From Vezdaea acicularis (Eukaryota): a stretch of DNA of 53,243 nucleotides. Of this stretch, positions 25,765-36,932 are shown one piece after another. How positions within the stretch are numbered: the stretch's first letter is position 1; each line of letters starts with the position of its first letter. Location: contig JAPEUI010000106.1 of assembly GCA_026025075.1 (NCBI GenBank), positions 1 to 53,243 of the forward strand, written 5' to 3'. The notes under the pieces were generated by a model. The model was not told the origin of the DNA and did not search any database. It saw only the letters and a program-made list of their open reading frames with translations. The translations under genes and the position numbers were made by a program.

Positions 25765-28700
25765 ATGTCCCCCATAAAGTCGAAGCTCCTGATGCCATTC
25801 GCTTTCACCTCGCTGCCCGTTACGATCATCACAACACTCACCTACCTCGCACTGCTTATACCTATTATAGTCGTACATGTTACTGTACCGCCTGCTCCGA
25901 GCAATCCAACGCCTGCCAAAGGGATCAACGTTACAGAAGCCTGGGCAGATTTGGAAGAGATCACAAATGGATATCATCCATACAATAGCCGACGAAACGA
26001 TGAGGTCAGGGACTGGCTTCTCCAGAAGATCGGATGGACGCTTGAGAGGAATGGAATAGCTTGGTCGACAGAAGGTGCTGAATCTAAAGTTTACAATATA
26101 TATCACAATAACAGCCAGCTATCCGAACCGGAGTCCAATGGACCAGAGGAGATAGGATCTTATGGCGAGCTCCGTCGGCGCAGACGTCTTTCCTCATTGG
26201 TTACAGTTTTCAATGATATGCAATCGAACGTCACCTTTTCCTCCAATGGGATACTCAGTACCTCTGGTCGAAGCCATGAGCCTGGGCAGAGTGTCTTCTT
26301 TGAAGGAACCAACATCATAGTATATATCAAAGGCTCGGAAGACGACGATGTCGCTTGGTGGGCGGCACGAAAGAGCCTAGCCCCTGAAGCATACCCCAAT
26401 GGTAGAGGCGGTATACTAGTCAATGCCCACTATGACTCCGTCTCATCGGGCTTCGGAGCGACGGATGATGGAATTGGAGTCGTCACAATTCTCCAATTGA
26501 TCAAATATTTCACTTCTGCGGGACAGCAACCCAAGAAGGGTATCGTGCTCCTTCTTAATAATGGGGAAGAAGATTTTCTAAACGGTGCCCGGGCATTTAC
26601 TCAGCATCCCATTTCCAGATTTGCTCACACATTCCTTAACCTTGAGGGCGCAGGGGCTGGTGGCCGAGCAACGCTGTTTCGGAGTACTGACACAGAGGTT
26701 ACCCGGTACTATGGAAAGAGCACGCATCCATTCGGGGCCTGCATTAGCGGAGATGGCTTCAAGAGGGGCTTGGTCCGCAGTCAGACAGATTATGTCGTAT
26801 TTAATGGGGAGCTCGGTCTTCGAGGCCTCGACGTGGCCTTTATGGAACCAAGACAAAGATACCATACAACCGAGGATGATGTCAAGCACACAAGCAAAGA
26901 CTCCTTGTGGCATATGCTATCAGCTTCTTTGACTACTGTTAAAGGGCTCTCATCCGACACGAGCTCTACATTTGACGGTACTGAGACCGACCGTATAAAG
27001 CATGACGAAAAAGTAGCTGCTGGCCATGGCTCTGATGGTGTATGGTTCGACCTCTTCGGCCAGGGATTTATTATATTCGAGCTTCACACCTTTTTTGCTT
27101 GGTCTCTGACTTTACTGATCGCTTCGCCCTTAATCTTGATAGGAGTCGCTGTGATCTTGATCAACCGGAACAAGATGTATCTGTTTTCTCGAAAGGCCTA
27201 TACGCCAGATTCAGATGAGGAGTATGTTTCGATCAGAGGCTGGCGAGGCCTTTTCAGATTCCCCCTGGCTTTTATACTTGCATCAGCGGCAGTCGTTGCC
27301 TTGGCGTTTCTCCTAAGGAAGACAAATCCTTTCATCATCTACAGCAGTCCTTGGGCGGTATGGAGCATGATGCTCTCGATCTGGTTTGGAATATCTTGGT
27401 TCGTGCTTCGTGGTGCAAACGCAGTCAGACCTTCGGCATTACATCGCACTTACGTCTTCCTATGGATTTATCTTATATTCTGGATATTCCTTGTTATAGA
27501 CACAGTCTTCGAGGATCGGCTTCACATAGCAGGTGGATACTTCCTGGTATTCTATTTCGCTGCTGCGGATCTGGCTTTGACCGTATCTTTCCTCGAGTTT
27601 TTTCTTCTGCCTCCGAAGGGCGAACACATAAAGGTTGGAGAGGATCACCACACGCCCCAAAGCTCCAGGTCTGGAAGTGCTCAGCCGCCAGAGCCTGTGG
27701 CGGTTAACGGGACTGATGGCACACAAGAAGATACGGAAGAGCAGGCGACAGAGTCGACTCCGCTCTTTCGTGGACGTCGGCGTACTTTCGCGAACTATAG
27801 ATCGAGCGGGGAGGGCACCGTAGAGGAAGATTCTAGCCTGAGTGACAGGAAGACTGCTGGTGTCTACGGCGACGAGCAGCTTTGGAGCGCCTCTCTTCCC
27901 AAGTGGACGTGGTTGATCCAGTTTCTCCTCATTGCACCTTTCCCTCTCATTCTTGTCTCGCAGATTGGACTACTCTTCATCAGTGCCATAAGTCAAACTG
28001 GTGCCGATGGCAGTAGTCTTCTCTTACCCTACCTCGTCACCTCAATTTTTAGTGTCCTCATTTTACTTCCACTGACGCCTTTCCTCCATCGCTTCACCTA
28101 CCATATCCCATTCTTCCTTTTTCTAGTATTCACTGGTACCCTAATCTACAATCTCATCGCCTTCCCCTTTTCGGACAATAATCGACTGAAAGTCTACTTT
28201 GCGCAAACTGTCAATCTCGAGACAGGAACAAACAACGTCTCGCTCACTGGCATGCAACCTTATGTGCGAGAGATAGTGGACAGTATACCCAGCTCTGCGG
28301 GACAGACTATCGACTGCTCAGAAGATCTCCGTGGCAAGGCGGGCTTACAGAAATGCATTTGGCATGGCATAGCACCCAATGTTGTGCCAGCATATCCTAG
28401 CGGTGTCCCGCCTGAACGCGGGTATACGCATTGGCTTGATTTCAACGCAACACGCACGAAGGGCAAAAACGAAGCGACTATCCAGCTAGTCGGCCGCAAT
28501 ACCCGCGCCTGCAAAATCATGTTCAATGACCCAATCGCTGACTTCCGGGTCGAAGGTGCAGCGGACACGACGGACATGTACACGCCCGTACCAGTGGAAG
28601 GCTCTCGTGAGATCAGGCTCTGGCGGCGTGAGTGGGAGAAGCCATGGAACGTGTGGGTTCGCTGGAGTATCGGCAACGAAGCGGAAGTGGGCGAGGAAGG

Positions 28701-28854
28701 CAGAGATGGGACTGTCGTATGCCTGTGGAGTGACGTGAATGAGAAAGGATTGATCCCGGCTTGGGATGAGGCGCATAGATTCGTGCCTGTCTGGGTAGGA
28801 GTCACGAAATTAACGGATGGGTTAGTGGAAGGAAGTAAAACATTCATGTTATGA
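25765..28854 (+). CDS. PFF1: Vacuolar membrane metalloprotease, peptidase M28 family (Pff1/ERMP1-like), single exon
   Basis: LVNAHYDS, GATDDG, NNGEEDFLNGA, FLNLEGAGAGG, SQTDY and YHT..D zinc-binding motifs, followed by multiple TM helices. Confidence 0.93.
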   Translation: MSPIKSKLLMPFAFTSLPVTIITTLTYLALLIPIIVVHVTVPPAPSNPTPAKGINVTEAWADLEEITNGYHPYNSRRNDEVRDWLLQKIGWTLERNGIAWSTEGAESKVYNIYHNNSQLSEPESNGPEEIGSYGELRRRRRLSSLVTVFNDMQSNVTFSSNGILSTSGRSHEPGQSVFFEGTNIIVYIKGSEDDDVAWWAARKSLAPEAYPNGRGGILVNAHYDSVSSGFGATDDGIGVVTILQLIKYFTSAGQQPKKGIVLLLNNGEEDFLNGARAFTQHPISRFAHTFLNLEGAGAGGRATLFRSTDTEVTRYYGKSTHPFGACISGDGFKRGLVRSQTDYVVFNGELGLRGLDVAFMEPRQRYHTTEDDVKHTSKDSLWHMLSASLTTVKGLSSDTSSTFDGTETDRIKHDEKVAAGHGSDGVWFDLFGQGFIIFELHTFFAWSLTLLIASPLILIGVAVILINRNKMYLFSRKAYTPDSDEEYVSIRGWRGLFRFPLAFILASAAVVALAFLLRKTNPFIIYSSPWAVWSMMLSIWFGISWFVLRGANAVRPSALHRTYVFLWIYLIFWIFLVIDTVFEDRLHIAGGYFLVFYFAAADLALTVSFLEFFLLPPKGEHIKVGEDHHTPQSSRSGSAQPPEPVAVNGTDGTQEDTEEQATESTPLFRGRRRTFANYRSSGEGTVEEDSSLSDRKTAGVYGDEQLWSASLPKWTWLIQFLLIAPFPLILVSQIGLLFISAISQTGADGSSLLLPYLVTSIFSVLILLPLTPFLHRFTYHIPFFLFLVFTGTLIYNLIAFPFSDNNRLKVYFAQTVNLETGTNNVSLTGMQPYVREIVDSIPSSAGQTIDCSEDLRGKAGLQKCIWHGIAPNVVPAYPSGVPPERGYTHWLDFNATRTKGKNEATIQLVGRNTRACKIMFNDPIADFRVEGAADTTDMYTPVPVEGSREIRLWRREWEKPWNVWVRWSIGNEAEVGEEGRDGTVVCLWSDVNEKGLIPAWDEAHRFVPVWVGVTKLTDGLVEGSKTFML

Positions 28855-29123
28855 TAAACAGAGCATAGGAGGGGATGACTTCTTCCGCCTAGTGTACTGG
28901 GGCGGTGGAGTTGAGTATCTTTGGTGGTATTATTCAAACAGTGTACTTCTTCATTATCAGCACAGCGTGTTTGTAATATCGTATCCAATGTCTTGAAATA
29001 GCAATAACTTTCCATAGATATTTAAAACTCCGAACCGCAGTCATATTTTCCCATAATAAAATATTTCCCTTCCGCCCTCTCCCCCTAATATTACCCTTGC
29101 CAGCCCCACCTATATGCTCCAAA

Positions 29124-30516
29124 ATGTCCCTCCCCATCACCACGGCCACCCTTCACCGCACTCGCTTCGTCCTCATCTCCGACACACACAACCACACTTT
29201 CCCGTTACCAGCGGGCGACGTACTGATTCATGCCGGCGACCTTACGAACCAAGGCACCCTTCCAGAACTCACAAAGACAATCAACTGGCTAGATTCTCTC
29301 CCTGGCTACGAGGCCAAGATAGTCATTGCCGGTCCGCTCATTCCCCCCTCCGACTCTTCCCTCTCCTTTCTAATTTTCCTTCGCCCATTCCCTTCTTCAT
29401 TTCATTCAACCTTTCCATTCTCGTTCCAAATCTCTGCTCCATCAAAGAAGCTCCATAGCTAACATCAGCGTAGGGAACCACGATATAACCCTCTCCCCCT
29501 CTTTCTACGCCGAGCACGGTCTAACCTTCCATAACCAATCCCCGCAATCCCCCACCGCCTGTCGCGCAGTGCTCTCCGCTGCTAGCTCCATCACCTACCT
29601 CCAGCACGAAGCCACCACTATCACGCTCACAAGAGCAGAAGGCCCACGCACTCGTTTTAGCATATTTGGCTCCCCGTACGTGCCGCAGACGGGGCACTGG
29701 GCCTTTGGGTATAAGAGCGCGGCTGAAGCAAGAGACTTGTGGGGGAGTGTCCCACTTGGAACAGATATCGTCGTGACACATGGGCCTGCGAAGTGGCATT
29801 TGGACGCTGCAGACGGTGGGGCAGGAAAGGGATGCGAGGCGCTACGGGAAGCGCTATGGAGGATACGGCCTAGGATGAGTGTATGTGGGCATGTACATGA
29901 AGGCCGTGGCGTACAGGTCGTGGACTGGGACTTGGCATGCACGAATGTAAAGTTTAAGGAGACAGAGACAAGGACTGTTCAGGGGGTCAGAGGGGGAAAG
30001 AACGGGATGTATGAGAAGTTTGATTTTACGACCAGGGGGTTGGGACTTGATAATGATGGGGGAGTTGGACCAGGGTCTATGGAGACAAAGCTTGTGGATC
30101 AGACACAGAGCCAGGTGTCGGAGGAACAAGCAGGACATCAGCCTGTTGTTGGCTCTGTCCTCAGCCCGTCTCCTACGATCTCGTATGCGCCCAGCTCGAC
30201 TGCAGACTCTGCGACGCCAGGGAAGATCTATCCTGCACCTCTACGACCCGACCTGTCTCCTCTCCGGTCACCAAAAACGCTGTCCTCCCCAGGTGATGCC
30301 CCAGCAGTCGAGCCGTGTTTCTCGACAGTAGGGCAAGGTGGCTATCCCTCGAATCGGTGCGATATGGCAGCATTGGAGGAGCGGATGGGAAGAAGGCAAA
30401 CGGTGCTTGTTAATGCGAGCATGATGAAGACGAGCTGGCCCTTTAAGGGGCGTTTCAACGGGGCTGTGGTCGTGGATCTGGACTTGCCAGTTTGGGAGGA
30501 GCAGCTGGGAGCTTGA
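29124..30516 (+). CDS. Calcineurin-like metallophosphoesterase (MPPED1/2-like; 2 exons)
   Basis: ISDTH, HAGD, IAG|NHD (joined across intron 29332-29473), VTHGP and CGHVHEGRG motifs. Confidence 0.9.
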
Positions 30517-30996
30517 TGAGAGTTTTGTTTGAGAGTCTTGCGGAGGGGAGGTGAAGGAGCGGGTTAATTGTTAGCTGGGTGCTCTCGTGGAATAAGCAGG
30601 GTATACTTTGTTATAGGAAAGGATAGGAGTGGAAGGTGTTGGATGTCATGGCTGGTGGGATCTGGTGTATACCTCCTTCAGGTGGATTCTTCTTTCATGT
30701 TGGATTCGAGGCGCTCACTTCTTACGGTGCATGTTGATGTCCAATCCGGTTGTCTTCTTCCCGCTCGTATGGTGGAAAGCTCATACCAAGTAGCACAAGC
30801 GAATACGGTGATTGTCGTAAATGCCAAATTAGGGGGACAGTGAAGTGTGAACAGGTTTGAAGATCAAAATTGATTATATTCACCGCTTAGTGAGCACATC
30901 CTACCCTGCAACTCGCAATGGTGCAATGAAAGAACCATATTATGTTCTCTCTTAACTCTCCAGATACGCCGAACGCCTATGGCCTTCCGTTACCCT

Positions 30997-32178
30997 CTAC
31001 TTCATCTTAGCCGCCTCATCCAATTTGCTCAAAACGCCGTTGACCATGACGACTAGATCTTTTCGTTTCTGACGGATCTCCGGATCGCCACCAGTATCGA
31101 CTGCGTCCAACTTGAAGAGGATGTCGCTGAGGATGGTTTCGCTGATGCGCTTGTGCTCAAAATCTCGCTTTGCGGGGTCGGTAGGGGGGTGGCTCGTATA
31201 TTGAATGCACTCAGGTAGAAATTTAACGTTGAAGCGTGAAGAGAGATCGTCAATTGTTTCGGACGCTGTTTTCGGAGCCGTAGGGGATGGTGCCCGAGAA
31301 GAAGATCTTGATGATCCCCCCCTAGACGAGTCTTGAGGCACCTCGAGATTCGGTGCCGCTGCACCCGCCGTATTTGCGCTCGACTTCTTCTTTTTCTTGT
31401 TGCGGTTCCGGTTTCTTTTCCGCTTGACAGGCGCATCACCCTGGTCTGTACCGAACTCGTCTCCATCGCTGCCTGATCCGTCTTCTTCTGAGCCTTCCTC
31501 AACTTCAGCCACCACGATCGAATCCGTTTTCAAACCCATGTCTCGGCAGCTTCGGCTGTCATCTCTCAAATTGCTACCTTTGTAAAAGAGTTGTATTCGT
31601 CGAAGATTCGATACTGAGATTTCTGATCCAAATCTCTCTCGTAAATCACCAACCTTGAGGACTCGATCATCGATGGCATATTTGGGGAAGTGGAGAGGAA
31701 AATTGACGCCGTTATGCTGGACGAGGACAATGTCGTCTTCGGATAGTGGAACTTTGCGAGACTGTGAGACATGCTGATCTTTGTGAAGGTCACCCGATAC
31801 ATCTCGATGATCCACGTCGTCCTCAGTGATATATTCGTAATCCGCGCTCGTGACCTTAGGCATCTCTTCGGAGGATCCAAAGGGTGAATATGGACCGCCT
31901 CGCCACAGGTTTCTCCATCCTGCACTCATTGATACGAAAAGGACCGCAAGAACGGTGAGAAGTGCCACGGGGAATAATTGAGAGTTCTCTTGAGAAGAGG
32001 AGCTTATCAACGACTCCACCGAGTGTCTTGTAGATTGTAGTAGGAGCAGCCAGACGTCGCTAAATCTATCGATGAATGTTGTGGGGGGTTTGGTTGTTGA
32101 GATTTGTGGAAGGTATGCCTTGATCGTATCTAAATAGGACGATACGGTGGCAGATATAGAGGAGCTAGAGAGCGCCAC
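30997..32178 (-). CDS. BAG-family Hsp70 co-chaperone: N-terminal TM segment, ubiquitin-like domain and BAG domain. Start uncertain (GTG 32178 versus ATG 31929)
   Basis: C-terminal BAG (EHKRISETILSDILFKLDAVDTGGDPEIRQKRKDLV...LSKLD), UBL-like segment (FPLHFPKYAIDD..LKVGDLR...LFYKGSNLRDD), basic NLS-like run KRKRNRNRNKKKKK, and hydrophobic LFPVALLTVLAVLFVS just before the first Met. Confidence 0.88.
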   Translation of the reverse strand: MALSSSSISATVSSYLDTIKAYLPQISTTKPPTTFIDRFSDVWLLLLQSTRHSVESLISSSSQENSQLFPVALLTVLAVLFVSMSAGWRNLWRGGPYSPFGSSEEMPKVTSADYEYITEDDVDHRDVSGDLHKDQHVSQSRKVPLSEDDIVLVQHNGVNFPLHFPKYAIDDRVLKVGDLRERFGSEISVSNLRRIQLFYKGSNLRDDSRSCRDMGLKTDSIVVAEVEEGSEEDGSGSDGDEFGTDQGDAPVKRKRNRNRNKKKKKSSANTAGAAAPNLEVPQDSSRGGSSRSSSRAPSPTAPKTASETIDDLSSRFNVKFLPECIQYTSHPPTDPAKRDFEHKRISETILSDILFKLDAVDTGGDPEIRQKRKDLVVMVNGVLSKLDEAAKMK

Positions 32179-33782
32179 GGTGAATGCAATGCCCTGACAG
32201 CCCTCAAAAACGAGGACTCCGGCCGCACAGAAGGTGGTCGAGGACTGCCGAATGACCGAGACTAGACCAGAATGACCAGGAAGATTCCAAAAGGCTGCAG
32301 GGTACCAGTGCGTTCACACTTAGGTTCTTGGTACAGTCAGGTCCAGCATGTGGCTATGGTGAGTCGTGTTACACTGGACGGTTCACAGCCTAGAAAGCGC
32401 TGACCAGAAAAGCTCACCGTATCCACGAAGCGAACGCTCGGTGCACAGCGATGCCTAATCCCAACGAACGTGACGAGGATCGATTCATATCAAAACTTTA
32501 AATTTTCTTTCGGGCTTTTGCAGATTAAAAGGGCTAGCTCCTCCCAAGAACTCTTGGTAGCCAAACTCACACATGTGTCACGATGTTATTTCCCAGATTG
32601 TTCCTCAGGACTTGGAACGATGGACCTCCGCGGCCATAGAAGACACAAATATGACCAGAACTGATGAAATAAATTACTGTGTTAGCAGCAGTGCCGTTCG
32701 ATAGATACCGGGCGCGCAGGATTCAAGATTGTCTATTCTCTAGGTTTCGTGGTTCACGTTGCGTACGCGGATCCGAGGCGAGTCAAGATTGGAGACATAC
32801 AAGATGTCAGGATCATATTCGTCCTGAATGGATTACTTAAGCCTTCGTTGGAGCGTACAGTCATAAATATGGCGTTTGCCTATTGAGTTCTATTCGCCTG
32901 CCGAAAGCTTGACCGAAGTCTGCTTTACCAGGGTTCAAGATAGGCTCAGCTCTGAGAGCCGGGTAGTTGCAGCTTCAAAGAACCCATTGCGCCCGCTCAA
33001 TGCCAACCATTCCCCTTTCTTCACAGTCCCCAAAGTGCCGGGGCTGACCCGATTAGCTGAAATTGCATAATGGTTTTGGAAGTCTTGAAATCTTGAGGTG
33101 TGTACTGTGCAGTGATTGGCCGGGGGGTCTCACCAATCAGGGAACAGTAGTCCGGTACTGACTAGCGAGAGTCTCATTGAATCGCGCCGACTATTATCAG
33201 TAGGCACGTCGACTCCTTTAAGCCTGGCTCCCACAATTCCTCCACTCCGATGTAGAGAACAGTACCTTCGGCCTCAAAAACGTACTCATAGAGCCACTGC
33301 ATGCTGTGGCGCTTCCCGACTAGCCTCCGTCGACCATTCTCTTCACATGAGACCGCTCACATTACCAAGGAGGAAAGACGGGTAGACGCTGCGATCAACC
33401 ACCGACGCTCCCACCCCACATGGCCTCTCCGTGATCATCCAGTACGCTTTCTGTCGCGGGACCGATCGATACGAGACGTGTCTTTATTCGAATTCGCCGT
33501 GTCCAAACTTTGCTTTGGGGGGGGAACCGGTTGTTATTGCCAAGTCGAGGGTGTGACGACTTGCGCCATAAAATAATCTGGAGAGTCGCCGTGTTGTTGA
33601 CATTAGTATATTTCCTGCATATTACCGTCATCTAAAAGCATAGGCGATTTGCTCAGCGACAATAAGCACACTTTGCAGAAATCACTTCCGAGACGATTGC
33701 TAAAGGTGCTCTGGTACGTGCCATCTATCAACCAGTTTCGACCAATTCCGAAAGCGGTCGCTCTATCTCTCGGTCCTCTAGA

Positions 33783-35526
33783 ATGGCTACTATCTCTCAA
33801 TCGCATGCATCAGGAGCGCTGACACCACCAAGGAGCCCAGAGGCTGGGCAAAGGCCTTGGGATCTTCCTGGTACAAAGAATCAAGATGTACGTTGGCTAT
33901 TCATTGGTTCATGAATCTTCATTGTCAAGTTTCGCTAGTTCGGGGATGCAATTTAGCCCTACTGGTGATTGCGAACTTCTGCTAACGATTCAATAGCTGA
34001 GAACTGCTTCGAACTCACAAGTAGATTACAATAACTCGTCAGCTTCAAGACCAGATTACTCGCAGCGTTACCCTCTTTCTCACCAAACCAATGGATCAGC
34101 GCTAAATCAACGTCCCTCTAGATCGGAGCTCTCGCAGCGTGGAGCAGACTATTCTGATTCGACATTCCTTCAACCTAAGCAGGTAGCTGCTTTAGCTCAT
34201 AAAGGCAGCAACATTAGCCGTACTGGTAGTGAGCCAGATAGCCTCCTAGATTTGTACGGATCCAATTCTGCAAACCGAAGTGGGGTAAGCAGCATGGATT
34301 ATGGAGAGCGGAAAGCACCCAATGGCAATGGATACAGTAATAGCGAGGATGATCCTGAATCCTCAAGGTGGATTCACAGGGATAAGTTAGCTCGAATCGA
34401 GAGTCGAGAGCTTCAAGAAGCGGGCATACATATTGGGCGTGAAAGTCGGTCAGCCAGTCGGCAGACGGGAAGAAAAGATCGACCTCCATTCGAGTTACAG
34501 GACGGCAGCAACGATGCTAATAGCGCTGGTGCGCGAGAAGACAAACGTCGGCGTCTAGCCTCGCCCATTGTGATGGACGAGACCGAGGAAGCACCAATGA
34601 CATTTGACCTCAGGTTACCAGAAGAAGCAGCTTCTGACCCATATGAAGAGAACCGCCAACTCCGGGGTCCCACAGCGAAGCAAAGCTACTCACGCATCCC
34701 CCTTTCTACCTCAAGTCCCATACCCGTTCCAGTGGATTATTTAGCAAGAGCTACTCCTTTACAGCGTAATGAAAGTAACGGCTGGGGTGAAGATGAGGGG
34801 ATCCCGTACGGGAAGACGAGGAGTAGGAGTCACAGCGTAGGCAGTCAGGTTCTACTTGACGATGAGGATACAAGCTCGCCAACACCCGGAGGATCGCCTT
34901 CCAAAGCAAGGATTGCGAAGAATGGAACGGCCTCGGGCAATCGTAAGGTCTCAGGCACACGTAATACATCTAACATACAAAAACCGCGTACTCGTTCAGG
35001 GACAAAAAGCCCCTCTCGACCTCCCACTAGAAGTGGTGAGACACCACCTGGAAGCGGAAGCAGCAGTAGGCGTCCTGAAGGTGATCCGCCATGGCTTGCG
35101 CATATGTACAAACCGGACCCTAGGTTACCACCAGATCAGCAGCTCATCCCAACACATGCGAAGAGGCTACAGCAGGAGCAATGGGAGCGTGAGGGTAAGC
35201 TTGGCTCGGCGTATGACCGAGACTTCCATCCTCTCGACCTTCACGAAGAAATGGATCCAAGCATCAGGCGGCAGGATGTCGATGAACCAGAACTAAAGCA
35301 AGGCGATCCGGAATGGCCCTTGAAGAGCCCAAGAAGCCCCGCTCTAAGTAACGGTCGGCCAGGCACTTCCGGCACAGACCATGGAGGTTACAACATAATG
35401 CCCGCCATCCAAAAAGCGCCCCCGGGCGCCCCGACTCCTAAGTCGCCCATGCAGCCAATAAGACTGGATGAGCCTGAAGAGGAGGAAAAGAAGAAAGGCG
35501 GCTGTCTCTGTTGCATAGTAATGTAA
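33783..35526 (+). CDS. teaR: Cell-end marker receptor TeaR/Mod5-like, prenylated (2 exons)
   Basis: Exon 1 MATISQSHASGALTPP..W joins via intron 33888-33996 in frame with ORF 34252. Conserved blocks WIHRDKLARIES.ELQ and RPEGDPPWLA.MYKPDPRLPPDQQ..PTHA; C-terminal CaaX KKKGGCLCCIVM. Confidence 0.85.
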
Positions 35527-36932
35527 TACAGTACAGTAGCGTTGGCAAGGCGCACATACACACGGCATCGACCCTTTCTCACACTACGGCATCATATTCG
35601 GGAAATCGGTGGAGGAGTTCGGGCTTGACGATGTTCATATGCTTTTCAATCACCAAACCTGGGAGTTTACAGCGCGAAACGGTGTTCAGTCCATTTCTTG
35701 GAATCCTTTGCTCCTCTACACAAGGGTACTTCCAGCTCTCTGTTCGTATTCCCCCCCTTTTCCCCACATCTCGCGGGAAGGGAAATTCAGGCCTACTTCT
35801 AGCAGCCATTATATCACAGGTTCTTTTCTTGTGCTGTTGTCATCGTGTTCTTTTATCTTTTTGTTCGAACATCATACCCTCTCCGCAAGCGGTGCAATTT
35901 TTTTAGAACTCTTTTCGGAGGCTGGCTGCATCGACTGGAATGCACATAACCTATTGTATGCCACTGCAATCAGTTGTACGCGGCATTAGTATCTACAAAG
36001 TTGGGTCAAATAGAATCTGGTCATTCTTCGATGGAGCTGCTGAATTGGTTCAATTCGTGAAAACACTCTGAGCTCAGCATAATCACCTCCTGACAGATAC
36101 CAGCTTGAGCAAGTGGTGATGCATTGCCCTCTCCGAAAAAAGAACCCATGCCCTCCAGAAGCGCACAGAATATACCAAAAGCCTTAGAGACAGCATCTAG
36201 TGGCCCCACTCCAGTATTGAAAAGCTCTCAAGGTGCTTCATGCATAAAAGAGCAAAAGCAATCAAACGCCATTCGAAGTACTTAGAGCTGCCAGACACCT
36301 CCCGGTATTCTCAGGACATCAATTCCTCCGCTCTTCTCCTTGTTCCTGTCCCGAGTCATGTACTTAGTGGTTGGGGTACCACTTCCTATTTTCAAGAGAG
36401 GACCGAGGTTCTACTGGCTGGGTGCAGACAAGAGCAGGTATGATACAGTAGAGTTGGGGGGTAGAAATCACTCTGCCAAACAAAGAGCTGAAGGTGAGGA
36501 CGTGGTTGAGTTCCGATTTCGTGGAAGAAGATAGAGCCGACAGCGAGTTTGTAGATGGATGGTCCGAGCATTCGGGTAAATCTGCATCTCAAACGGACAA
36601 GGTCTGTTGGATGATGAGTGAGGTATAAACCGGCAAGAACCGGTCTGATTTGGAACTGCATCAATAGAATTGTGCGATCTAAAAGGGAGTTTCAATACGT
36701 CAACAATCCCACAACCGCATAATCCGAAGGCGAACGAGTTCCGCTCGTTGTAAGAAGATAAGAGAACGCCAGCCTAGACTCCTCCCTAACAAGTGGGCCA
36801 CAAGGACTAACGAGATGGTAGATGACCGTGCTCACGTATAATGCATAGTATAGCCCCACTCTACAGCTTATATGAATCCCGGGACCCTGATGCTCGCTCA
36901 AAGCACCGACAACCGAATCAGTAATCTACTAC

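Noticed and set aside
28260..29015. 251-aa antisense ORF
   Set aside because: Shadow of PFF1 on the opposite strand, with no motifs.
36605..36650. Box C/D snoRNA-like ATGATGA...CTGA (also loose matches at 63-133 and 9088-9120)
   Set aside because: Spacing is too short or the boxes are degenerate, and I could not identify a convincing rRNA guide or terminal stem.
35530..36930. Several 60-130 aa ORFs between TeaR and GRR1
   Set aside because: No motifs or coherent splice structure; most likely long convergent 3'UTRs.
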